64,000 nt of DNA from Candidatus Buchananbacteria bacterium (GCA_041666945.1 JBAYFY010000001.1:182627-246626); one strand, 5' to 3'; positions 50,389-58,630 are shown, counted from the stretch's first letter. Notes: a model not told the origin generated them from the sequence alone. Numbers and translations: made by a program.

Positions 50389-51726
50389 CTATTGGCCTCG
50401 GCCGCCCAGAACAACCCTGATGGTTTTTAGGGCAATGCTTAAATCAAGAAGCGGGGAACGATTTTTGACGTAATATAAGTCGTATTTGATTTTTTCCACC
50501 GTTTCTTCTTTAGAACCGCCGTAAGACGGGCCCATCAATTGCGCCCAGCCGGTTAATCCCGGTTTAACCAAGAGCCGCTCGCTGTAAAAGGGGATTTCTT
50601 GGGACAAGGATTGGATAAATTCCGGCCGCTCCGGCCTGGGACCGATTAATGACATTTCACCGCGCAGAACATTAAGCAATTGGGGAACCTCGTCCAATCG
50701 GGTTTTTCTCATTATCCGGCCGAAGCGGGTAACGCGGGCATCGTTTTTGGTCGCCCATTGAGCGCCATTTTTTTCCGCGTCCCGAACCATTGAGCGGAAT
50801 TTTTTGGCCAGAAATTCCTTGCCATTCTTGCCCACTCTGATTTGCCGAAAAATTATCGGGCCGGGGCTTTCCAATTTAATGATTAAAGCGATAAGAGGCA
50901 CAAGCGGCGCCGTCACCATCAAGCCGATGACGGCTAAAATGATATCTATTAGTCGCTTTAACAGCTCGTATGATTTTTTGGAATTTTCAGTTAAGTTCTC
51001 CAAAAACCAACCCAGCTCAATTGACTCTATCGGCACTTTCTGGGTGATGGTTTCATAAAAATCAGTCAGCCGGTGCACATCAATGCCCAGCGACAGGCAA
51101 TCAAATATTTTTTTGGCCGTGGCGGCGTCGGTATGCAAGCTATTGTCGGTGATAACAATGTCAATATTATTGTCCAGGCAATATTTTTTCAGATCTTCCG
51201 GCGCCCGTTCAAGCAATGTAGCCACGTAACCTAATTGCGGCCGGCGGACTATTTCTTTCATTAGATTTTCGGCTAAACTGTTTTGCCCGATGATTAAGAT
51301 ATAGTTAGCTATTTGCGGCGATTTGATTAAGCCGTAAAAAATTCTGCGCCAAGAAAAAATGAAAATAAAGGTAATGATCAAATCAATGATTAAAACTTTC
51401 TGCGGCTTGATGGCGGGGAAAAAAGGAGCCAGAAAATAAAAAGCGAACACCGCGATAATGCCGTTGATTATCGTGGCCCTGAATAAGACGGAAAACAGAG
51501 AGAAATTATTGTAACTGGTTTTTAGATCGTAAAAATCGCAGATGTAAAAAACCAACAGCCATAAGGCAAAAATAAAAGTCAGAGCCCGGTAATGAATCTG
51601 CCAAGAATTGGCATCAAAACCCGAGCCGTAGCGAATCCAAAGAGTCAGCCAAAGCGCCAGATAAAGGCAGGCAATATCGCCTAAAATTAGAAGTAATTTT
51701 TTGGTTTTTAGGATAAGGCCGGTCAT
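50389..51726 (-). CDS. Polyprenyl-phosphate glycosylphosphotransferase (WcaJ/WbaP-like initiating sugar transferase)
   Basis: 4 N-terminal TM plus 'KRLIDI', 'KFRSM', 'DARVTRFGRIMRKTRLDEVPQLLNVLRGEMSLIGPRPERP', 'KPGLTGWAQ'. Confidence 0.95.
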   Translation of the reverse strand: MTGLILKTKKLLLILGDIACLYLALWLTLWIRYGSGFDANSWQIHYRALTFIFALWLLVFYICDFYDLKTSYNNFSLFSVLFRATIINGIIAVFAFYFLAPFFPAIKPQKVLIIDLIITFIFIFSWRRIFYGLIKSPQIANYILIIGQNSLAENLMKEIVRRPQLGYVATLLERAPEDLKKYCLDNNIDIVITDNSLHTDAATAKKIFDCLSLGIDVHRLTDFYETITQKVPIESIELGWFLENLTENSKKSYELLKRLIDIILAVIGLMVTAPLVPLIALIIKLESPGPIIFRQIRVGKNGKEFLAKKFRSMVRDAEKNGAQWATKNDARVTRFGRIMRKTRLDEVPQLLNVLRGEMSLIGPRPERPEFIQSLSQEIPFYSERLLVKPGLTGWAQLMGPSYGGSKEETVEKIKYDLYYVKNRSPLLDLSIALKTIRVVLGGRGQ

Positions 51727-51800
51727 AATTCCAGTCAATTAACAGAACTATTTATACCATATTTAGATGAAAAAAACAAGTTTTGACTTAATTTAATTTA

Positions 51801-51809
51801 TGTTATAAT
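51801..51809 (+). promoter_or_regulatory. Putative extended -10 promoter element
   Basis: TGTTATAAT (TTGACT 15 bp upstream) in the divergent gap before the GtrA gene; a second TGTTATAAT lies at 52287-52295. Confidence 0.45.
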
Positions 51810-51836
51810 GAAATAGGGTTAAATGCCCCGATTTTT

Positions 51837-52265
51837 ATGTTAAGCATGATTAAAGAAAAATTTTGCCAACTGCCGTTTTTCCGCCGGCCAATTTTCAGGC
51901 AATTCATCAAATTTTGCCTTGTCGGCGCTTCTAATTTTTTTATTGATTTTTCAGTGTATTTGCTTTTTACGCGTTTATTCGGCTTGCATTACCTTCCCGC
52001 CTCGGTGATTTCTTTCGTTGTCGCCGTAACCTGGAGCTTTGAATGGAATCGCAAGTGGACTTTCCGTTATCGCAACGAGGGTTTGAGATGGCAATATATT
52101 AAATTTTTTATTGCCAATATCATCAGCTTGTCGCTGAATCTTGGTCTTTTGAGTTTATTGATTGAATTGGTCCATATCCCTGATTTGTGGGCCAAAGCCG
52201 TTTCCTCGCTTATAGTCGCCGTCTTTAATTTCAGTTTGAACCGCTTTTGGACTTTTAAAAGATAG
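51837..52265 (+). CDS. GtrA family protein (polyprenol-P-sugar flippase candidate)
   Basis: 'QFIKFCLVGA', 'NRKWTF', 'NFSLNRFWTF'; 4 TM. Confidence 0.9.
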   Translation: MLSMIKEKFCQLPFFRRPIFRQFIKFCLVGASNFFIDFSVYLLFTRLFGLHYLPASVISFVVAVTWSFEWNRKWTFRYRNEGLRWQYIKFFIANIISLSLNLGLLSLLIELVHIPDLWAKAVSSLIVAVFNFSLNRFWTFKR

Positions 52266-52338
52266 TTGTTCGGTAAGGGCAAATCATGTTATAATTTATG
52301 TATGAACTAAATATCCATTTAAGGAATAAATTAAATCT

Positions 52339-53379
52339 ATGCCAGTCAAAAAGGCGATATTTGACAAAAAAAACATCTTAGTCGTTGGCGGAGCCGGATT
52401 TGTCGGTTCCAATCTTTGCGATGAATTGGTCAAAACCGCCAAAGTCATCTGCTTGGATAACTTTATTACCGGCGATTCCGCCAATATCTCTCATTTATTG
52501 GCCAATCCCGATTTTAAATTTATTAACCACGACATTATAAACCCCATTAATCTGGAGAGCCGTCCGGAATTGGCCGAATTCAAAGTTGCTTTCCAGGGAG
52601 TGCAAGAAATTTATTTTTTGGCCTCGCCGACTTCACCCAAGGCCTATGTCGCTCATCCGGTAGAAACGCTGTTGGTTAACTCGGTCGGTCTGCGTCACGC
52701 GTTGGATTTGGCGGTTAAGTATGAGGCCTCGATTTTATTCGCCTCCGCTCCGGCGGTTTACGGCACCGGCACCGGCCCCATGCCGATTAAAGAGGATTAT
52801 ATCGGTCCGGTTGACCAGCTTGGCCCGCGGGCTTGTTACGCCGAAGCCAAGCGTTTCGGCGAGTCGCTGGTTAATAATTACCGTTTGGCTTATAAGCTTA
52901 ATACGAAAATCGCCAGAATTTTCAATTGTTACGGCCCGCGGCTGGGATTAACCGACGGCCGCATGATTCCGGAAATGATTTCTGCCGCTTACAGCGGAAC
53001 GCCGCTTACCATTTACGGCCGCGAAAGCGAGTTCGCTTCTTATTTTTATATCACTGATTTGATCCGCGGATTAATGAAACTCATGGAGAGCGGGGAAAGC
53101 GGTCCGGTGAATATGGCGTCAGAATGGAAAATGGGCGTAACGGAAATCGCCAAAAAGATAATCGCCTTGACCAACTCCGTATCCGCGATTGAATTTAAGG
53201 ATCGGCCGGCTCATTTTGAGGCCCAACCCTTGGCCAATATCTCTTTAGCTAAAGAAAAATTGGGCTGGTTTCCGATAATCCTAATGGATGAAGGCCTGCA
53301 AAAAACCATTGATTACTTAAGCGCGCAAAAGGGGATAAGGCGGCCTGAAGCAACTCTTAGTTCCGTCCAGACGGTTTAA
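52339..53379 (+). CDS. NAD-dependent epimerase/dehydratase, UDP-glucuronate decarboxylase (UXS)-like with divergent active site
   Basis: 'GGAGFVGSNL', 'CLDNFITG', 'LASPTSP', 'GPRACYAEAKR' (YxxxK), 'RIFNCYGPR'. Confidence 0.85.
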   Translation: MPVKKAIFDKKNILVVGGAGFVGSNLCDELVKTAKVICLDNFITGDSANISHLLANPDFKFINHDIINPINLESRPELAEFKVAFQGVQEIYFLASPTSPKAYVAHPVETLLVNSVGLRHALDLAVKYEASILFASAPAVYGTGTGPMPIKEDYIGPVDQLGPRACYAEAKRFGESLVNNYRLAYKLNTKIARIFNCYGPRLGLTDGRMIPEMISAAYSGTPLTIYGRESEFASYFYITDLIRGLMKLMESGESGPVNMASEWKMGVTEIAKKIIALTNSVSAIEFKDRPAHFEAQPLANISLAKEKLGWFPIILMDEGLQKTIDYLSAQKGIRRPEATLSSVQTV

Positions 53380-53383
53380 ACTT

Positions 53384-54046
53384 ATGAAATTGGCGATAAT
53401 TATCCCGGCTTACAATGAAGCGGAAAAAATAAGCTCTGTTGTTTTAGCGGTCAAAGCCGCTCAGCCCGAATCCTTGATTATAGTTGTGGATGACGGTTCC
53501 GGCGATGCGACGGCTGAACTGGCCGCTTCGGCCGGCGCTGATGTTTTACGGCATAAAATCAACCGCGGGCAGGGAGCGGCGCTTAAGACCGGCGTAGAAT
53601 ACGCTTTTCGCCGCTACATTGACGCGGCTGTTTTTTTTGACGCGGACGGGCAGATGGAGCCGTCGGAGATTAAATTGCTGGCAGCCGAACTGTCCCAAGG
53701 TTATGATGTGGTGCTGGGTTCCAGAAATTTGGGCCGCGCCCTGAATATGCCGCTGGCTAAAAAAATCGCCAAGAAATTAGCTTTGTATTTCACCCGCTTT
53801 ACCACTGGTTTGAAATTGACTGATACGCACAACGGTTTTCAGGCCTGGACCAGCGGATCGTTAAAACGCTTGAATTTAGGTCAAGATCGTCAGGCCTATG
53901 CCAGCGAGGTGTTGCACGAAATTAAGCGCCTTAAGTTAAAATACTGCGAGGTGCCGGTGACGATTCGTTATACCGGCTATTCCATAAAAAAGGGCCAAAG
54001 CATCTGGAATGCGTTTGGGATTTTGTGGGACCTGTTAATAAAGTAA
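53384..54046 (+). CDS. Glycosyltransferase family 2 (DPM-like)
   Basis: 'IIPAYNE', 'VDDGSGD', 'NRGQGAALKTG', 'DADGQ', 'TDTHNGF'; adjacent to DUF2304. Confidence 0.92.
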   Translation: MKLAIIIPAYNEAEKISSVVLAVKAAQPESLIIVVDDGSGDATAELAASAGADVLRHKINRGQGAALKTGVEYAFRRYIDAAVFFDADGQMEPSEIKLLAAELSQGYDVVLGSRNLGRALNMPLAKKIAKKLALYFTRFTTGLKLTDTHNGFQAWTSGSLKRLNLGQDRQAYASEVLHEIKRLKLKYCEVPVTIRYTGYSIKKGQSIWNAFGILWDLLIK

Positions 54047-54100
54047 CAGGTAATAAGTAACAAGTAATTTTTAATAATTTATTACATATTACGTATTACT
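54041..54100. repeat. Heptamer tandem repeats in inverted arrangement
   Basis: AAGTAAC AGGTAAT AAGTAAC AAGTAAT ... TTATTAC ATATTAC GTATTAC; a related copy lies at 62697-62784. Confidence 0.7.
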
Positions 54101-54113
54101 ATTTATAAACAAT

Positions 54114-54449
54114 ATGCTTATACAAATCATCCTGCTTATTATTATCGCCGTTATTGTTTTACGCTTAGCGGTTAAATACCGCGCCAAGGAATTGCCCGGC
54201 AAGCAATTCATCAGTTGGCTTGTTTTTTGGCTGGCGGCTTCCGCGGCCGTGATTTGGCCCCAGTTGACAGTTAATATTGCCAATCGCGTGGGTGTGGGTC
54301 GCGGTTCTGACTTGGTAGTTTACTTGGCCTTGATATTTTTGTTTTATATCCTCTTCCGCTTGTTTTTGCGCATTGAGAAACTGGAGAAAAACTTGACTAA
54401 AGTCGCCCGGGCTGAAGCCCTAAAAGAAAAAAATGATTCAACCGAATAA
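54114..54449 (+). CDS. DUF2304 family membrane protein
   Basis: 3 TM, 'ANRVGVGRGSDLVVY', C-terminal 'IEKLEKNLTKVARAEAL'. Confidence 0.85.
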   Translation: MLIQIILLIIIAVIVLRLAVKYRAKELPGKQFISWLVFWLAASAAVIWPQLTVNIANRVGVGRGSDLVVYLALIFLFYILFRLFLRIEKLEKNLTKVARAEALKEKNDSTE

Positions 54450-55485
54450 AAAGATCGTCATTGGCATCGTAACTTATAATTCCCGCCATAAAATCGCCGA
54501 TTGCCTTAACAGCGTTAATCGGCAGAATTATCCGCGCGAATTGGTGCAGGTGGCGGTAGTTGATAACAACAGCAATGACTCAACTAAAGATTATTTGGCT
54601 GAAGCTTGGCCGCAAGTGACGGTTATTGCCAATAACAATAATACCGGTTTTGCCGCGGCCAATAATCAGATCTATGCCTTCGCCAAAGGCCAAGCCGATT
54701 ATCTGGTCCTGCTTAATGATGACACGATAGTAGAGCCCAATTGGCTGACACGACTGGTTAACGCCGCCTTAAGCGATGATAAAATTGCCGCCGTTCAGTC
54801 AAAATTATTGCTTTATCCGGAAAAGAATTTGGTCAATAGCTTGGGCAACTCCATCCAGTTTTTGGGTTTCGCTTTTTGCAATCACTATCGCGAGCCCGAT
54901 AATCATGATTACACCGCCTTGTTTGATTTGCCTTACGCTTCCGGCGCCGCCGTGTTGTTAAAACTTTCAGCGCTTGAAGAAATTGGTTTATTTGATGAAA
55001 AATTATTCATGTATCACGAAGACGTGGACTTGGGCTGGCGCTTGCGGCTTTTGGGTTACCGCGCGGTCATTGATCCGCTCTCCGTCGTTTATCACAAATA
55101 TAACTATTCCAAAGCCAAGTACAAGTTCTACTACATGGATCGCAATCGCTGGATCGTCCTGCTGAAGAACTACCGCTTAGCGACTATTATATTATTAGCG
55201 CCCATGCTATTGATAATGGAATTCGGCATTACGCTTTATTCTATTAAAAACGGCTGGTTTAAGGAAAAACTTAAGGGCTGGGCCTGGCTGATAAAAAATC
55301 TCGGCTATGTTTTGAGCGAACGGAAGAAAATTCAAGGCCTGCGGCAAACATCCGACCGTAAAATTTTGAATTTGTTTGTCGGTTCAATCACCAATCAGGA
55401 AGTGGAAAATAAATTATTGTCTTGGATAGCCAATCCTCTAATGGAGATTTATTTTCTTTTAATCCGCTTGGTTGTTTTTTGGTAA
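54433..55485 (+). CDS. Glycosyltransferase family 2 (WbbL-like)
   Basis: 'IVTYNS', 'VDNNSND', 'NTGFAAANN', 'LLNDD', 'SGAA', 'FMYHEDVDLGWR'. Confidence 0.92.
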   Translation: MIQPNKKIVIGIVTYNSRHKIADCLNSVNRQNYPRELVQVAVVDNNSNDSTKDYLAEAWPQVTVIANNNNTGFAAANNQIYAFAKGQADYLVLLNDDTIVEPNWLTRLVNAALSDDKIAAVQSKLLLYPEKNLVNSLGNSIQFLGFAFCNHYREPDNHDYTALFDLPYASGAAVLLKLSALEEIGLFDEKLFMYHEDVDLGWRLRLLGYRAVIDPLSVVYHKYNYSKAKYKFYYMDRNRWIVLLKNYRLATIILLAPMLLIMEFGITLYSIKNGWFKEKLKGWAWLIKNLGYVLSERKKIQGLRQTSDRKILNLFVGSITNQEVENKLLSWIANPLMEIYFLLIRLVVFW

Positions 55486-55494
55486 CGGCCGGAC

Positions 55495-55523
55495 TTGATT
55501 TTTTTTTAATTTTACATTATAAT
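55495..55523 (+). promoter_or_regulatory. Putative sigma70 promoter for the SIMPL gene
   Basis: TTGATT-N17-TATAAT. Confidence 0.55.
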
Positions 55524-55527
55524 TCAC

Positions 55528-55578
55528 CCTGTTAAATGCGCTAAAGCGCAATTCGCTTTGGGCGAGTTATTTAACGGG
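55528..55578. repeat. Three-way-junction palindromic element in the 5' UTR
   Basis: Outer stem CCTGTTAAAT/ATTTAACGGG encloses hairpins TGCGC-TAAA-GCGCA and AATTCGC-TTTGG-GCGAGTT. Confidence 0.65.
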
Positions 55579-55633
55579 TTAACAAAATTCACGGTATTTT
55601 ATTCAAATATCGTGATTTAGGAAGGGACAAAAT

Positions 55634-56413
55634 ATGGATCAAATTACGCAACCGATCAAAAGAATGGGGGCCGGCAAGATTGCCGTTTACATTGTTTTGA
55701 TCTTGGCACTTTCTGCCGTCGCCATTATTTCCATTGTGCGCGATCGCATTGTCAACTACCCGCAGAATTCGGTTTCCGTCACCGGCCAAGGCAAAGTCAC
55801 TTATCAGCCGGACATCGCCATTATCACCTTGGGCGTACAAATTGACAAGGTGGCCAAACCGGATGAAGCTCTCAATCAGTTGAATGATAAAATCACCAAG
55901 ATTGTTGCGGCGATTAAGGCCTTGGGCATAGCGACGGAAGATATTGTCACGCAGAGTTATTCCCTGTATCCGCAATATGATTATGTCAATAACGTCAGCA
56001 GCTTATCCGGCTATAGCGCCAATCAGCAGATTACCGTCAAAGCGCGGGATATCAAAGTTAGTCCGGATAAAACCAGCAAGGTGATTGCCGAAGCCAGTAA
56101 GGCCGGCGCCAATCAGGTTTTGGGAATTTCTTTTGACGTTTCCAATTTAGATGATCTTAAGCAGCAAGCCAGGGTTGAGGCCTTGGGCGACGCCAATAAT
56201 AAAGCGATCAAAATGGCTTCGGCGGCTGAAGTGAAGTTGGGAGAGATTACCGGCTGGTGGGAGAATTATCTCCAGGGTCCGGGGCAGTCGCAGAATTATT
56301 ACGGTGGCAGCGATAAGGGCGGCCTGGGCGGCGGCGGCAGTGTCAGCGCCACAATTCCGACCGGCAGTTATGAGATTGTTATGGAGATGAATGTAAATTA
56401 TAAATTAAAATAA
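55634..56413 (+). CDS. SIMPL (DUF541) domain protein
   Basis: 'VSVTGQGKVTYQPDIAIITLGV', 'TQSYSLYPQYDY', 'AGANQVLGISF', 'ARVEALGDA..KA'. Confidence 0.9.
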   Translation: MDQITQPIKRMGAGKIAVYIVLILALSAVAIISIVRDRIVNYPQNSVSVTGQGKVTYQPDIAIITLGVQIDKVAKPDEALNQLNDKITKIVAAIKALGIATEDIVTQSYSLYPQYDYVNNVSSLSGYSANQQITVKARDIKVSPDKTSKVIAEASKAGANQVLGISFDVSNLDDLKQQARVEALGDANNKAIKMASAAEVKLGEITGWWENYLQGPGQSQNYYGGSDKGGLGGGGSVSATIPTGSYEIVMEMNVNYKLK

Positions 56414-56421
56414 ATTCCTCG

Positions 56422-56446
56422 GGGGCTGTTACCAAACAGCCCCTTT
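56422..56446 (+). terminator. Hairpin after the SIMPL gene (possible terminator or processing site)
   Basis: GGGGCTGTT-ACCA-AACAGCCCC-TTT; the T-tail is short and tRNA-Ala follows immediately. Confidence 0.45.
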
Positions 56447-56448
56447 AA

Positions 56449-56519
56449 GGGCCTATAGTCTAGTGGTACGACGCTACATTCGCATTGTAGAGGCGGCGGT
56501 TCGATTCCGCCTAGGTCCA
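56449..56519 (+). tRNA. tRNA-Ala (anticodon CGC), CCA not encoded
   Basis: GGGCCTA/TAGGTCC acceptor with G3:U70; anticodon arm CTACA-TTCGCAT-TGTAG; T-loop GTTCGATTC. Confidence 0.93.
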
Positions 56520-56570
56520 CTGCTTCGCTAAAGCTACGCAGTGCAGGTATTTTAAAAGATTAATTTAAAT

Positions 56571-56647
<77 letters not shown>

Positions 56648-56654
56648 TTTATTT

Positions 56655-57398
56655 ATGTCTAATCTTATTTGGGCGTTGCTGGCGGTCGCGTTAATCAGCG
56701 TTATGTCTTTTTCCGGCGCCTTGGCTCTGATATTAAACGATCACCGGCTCAAAAATTTTTTGATTTATTTCGTGTCTTTCGCGGCCGGATCAATGATGGG
56801 CGCGGCCTTTTTTCATTTATTGCCCGAGGTTTTGAACTCTATCCCGCCGCTGGAAGCGTTTATTGCCGTACTCGTCGGCTTTTCCCTCTTTTTTATTTTG
56901 GAAAGATTCCTGCGTTGGCATCATTGCCATGAAGAGTCCTGCGAAACCCACGACCATTTGGGCTGGCTTAATTTGATCGGCGACGGCTTCCATAACATGA
57001 TTGACGGCATGATTATTTTTGCCTCTTTTTTAGGCGGTCCGGTTCTGGGCATACCGGTAACTTTGTCCATAATCCTTCACGAAATTCCGCAGGAATTGGG
57101 TGATTTCGGGGTTTTATTGTATTCCGGATTCACCAAAAAACGCGCTTTGTTTTATAATTTGCTTTCCGCCTGCGCGGCTTTTATCGGCGTTTTGCTGGGC
57201 TGGATGTTTTATCGGCAAAGCGAAATGCTTTTTTCTTTGCTCCTGCCTTTTGCCGCCGGCGGGTTTATTTACATCGCCGCCTCGGATTTGATCCCCGAGT
57301 TGCATAAAGACAGGAATTTGACTCGCGCTGTTTTTTCTTACATTTTGTTTATTTTAGCTTTAGCGTTTATGTATTTGATGAAAATATTGTTTGAATAA
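56655..57398 (+). CDS. ZIP family divalent metal transporter
   Basis: 'SFAAGSMMGAAFFHLLPE', His-rich loop 'WHHCHEESCETHDH', 'GDGFHNMIDG', 'HEIPQELGDF', 'YIAASDLIPE'. Confidence 0.93.
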   Translation: MSNLIWALLAVALISVMSFSGALALILNDHRLKNFLIYFVSFAAGSMMGAAFFHLLPEVLNSIPPLEAFIAVLVGFSLFFILERFLRWHHCHEESCETHDHLGWLNLIGDGFHNMIDGMIIFASFLGGPVLGIPVTLSIILHEIPQELGDFGVLLYSGFTKKRALFYNLLSACAAFIGVLLGWMFYRQSEMLFSLLLPFAAGGFIYIAASDLIPELHKDRNLTRAVFSYILFILALAFMYLMKILFE

Positions 57399-57464
57399 CC
57401 CTCCTGTCATCCTCTTGAATAATCCCCACTGTCATCCTCTTGAATAATCCCCACTGTCATCCTC
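57391..57464 (+). repeat. Three tandem copies of a 24-25 bp unit overlapping the ZIP stop codon
   Basis: TTGAATAACCCTCCTGTCATCCTC followed by TTGAATAATCCCCACTGTCATCCTC twice. Confidence 0.85.
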
Positions 57465-57642
57465 GCGGAGGCGAGGATCCAAGAGGTTAAAATTATATAA
57501 TAATGGATTCCCGCCTACGCGGGAATGACGGATAAAAAATTGAAACAGCAGGAACAATGCGGAGGCGAGGATCCAAGAGGTTAAAATTATATAATAATGG
57601 ATTCCCGCCTACGCGGGAATGACGGATAAAAAATTGAAACAG
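57465..57642 (+). repeat. Two exact 84-bp direct repeats carrying dRS3/RPE-like palindromes
   Basis: 57465-57548 equals 57559-57642 (10-bp spacer). Each holds GCGGAGGCGAGGATCCA...TGGATTCCCGCCTACGCGGGAATGAC (ATTCCC-N8-GGGAAT). Confidence 0.85.
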
Positions 57643-57901
57643 TAATACTCGATCGGAATGGCAATAAAAAGGATGCTCAAGCTGGGCATGACTTATAATT
57701 ATTACTATCTGTTTTGTCTATTAAATATAAAAATTATCTAAAATTATATAAAAAGTGATAATCGCTAATTATAAAAATAGATAAATCTATTGACAAAATA
57801 TTTAAGGTATGATATGACATTCACAGCACGTTACATTGGCAGGCCTTAGGCCGGGGACTATTTCTCTGGTAGGAGGTAAGCCGCAATATGGGAGAAAAAC
57901 C

Positions 57902-58600
57902 ATGAAAAAGAGTGAGTTCTTGAGCGCGTTGGGTGTTATGTGGGAAATTTGGAAGTCGCTGACGGATGAAATTTTGTCTTTAGGCGGCGACGATGAGGCG
58001 ATCCGCCTCATTAAGACGGATGACGGTCTGCGGCGGAGAATCGCCGAATTGGTGATGGCTAAAGCGCGTGGCGTCAAGGTTGCCGCCAAGCAAATTGGCG
58101 CTGATATGTCCGCCGGCAGCTACGATGTAATCGTTGACTTTAGCCAGAATCTTGAGCAGATGATCGCCGCCGGTCGCTATAATAGAGCGAGCTCGGACAT
58201 CAACGCCAATAATTTTTCGCTAAACGGAGCGGGTAAACGTAGAGTCAAAGTGGAATTGCTCCACTTTAATCAGAGTTTAGAAAATGGTGACCAAATCTTC
58301 GCCAAACTAAAAGAAGTCAATGATTGGCTGGCGCAACAAGGAGTGAAGTATCGCTACCGTTTTGCCCAAATAGAAGAGCTTCTGGCTCTGGGCGCGACTC
58401 AACCCGAGTTGCAACGGCAACTCCTGATTGCTGCTTTGGGTTCAATTTGGCACCATTATGGCAACCGCGACTTCGTTTGCCTTGGCGGGAATATTATAGA
58501 GCGCCACCTGCTCTTGGGTTCTCTTAAGGGTCGCTTCTCCGGTGACTACTGGCGGTTCGCTGTTGTCCGCGAGGTTTTTGATGACACCTTGAAACCTTGA
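57902..58600 (+). CDS. Hypothetical protein, candidate DGR target with variable C-terminus (paralogue 1)
   Basis: ATG at 57902 preceded by GGGAG. Shares 'IVDFSQNLEQMIAAGRY...SDINA..F', 'ELLALGA.QPELQRQ.LIAALGSIW' and 'WRFAVVR' with the next gene. Confidence 0.7.
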   Translation: MKKSEFLSALGVMWEIWKSLTDEILSLGGDDEAIRLIKTDDGLRRRIAELVMAKARGVKVAAKQIGADMSAGSYDVIVDFSQNLEQMIAAGRYNRASSDINANNFSLNGAGKRRVKVELLHFNQSLENGDQIFAKLKEVNDWLAQQGVKYRYRFAQIEELLALGATQPELQRQLLIAALGSIWHHYGNRDFVCLGGNIIERHLLLGSLKGRFSGDYWRFAVVREVFDDTLKP

Positions 58601-58630
58601 ATCAGAAAAAATCGGGAAAAGGAGAATAGC

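Noticed and set aside
57391-57642. Possible CRISPR array
   Set aside because: The units are directly tandem or have identical interiors. There are no unique spacers and no cas genes in the window.
57836-57901. Longer N-terminus for paralogue 1 (ORF-track start 57836)
   Set aside because: It uses a TTG start without an evident RBS; ATG 57902 has a GGGAG motif. Similar upstream extensions were trimmed for 8403, 19846, 23108, 29500, 33662, 50414, 51738, 60474 and 61153.
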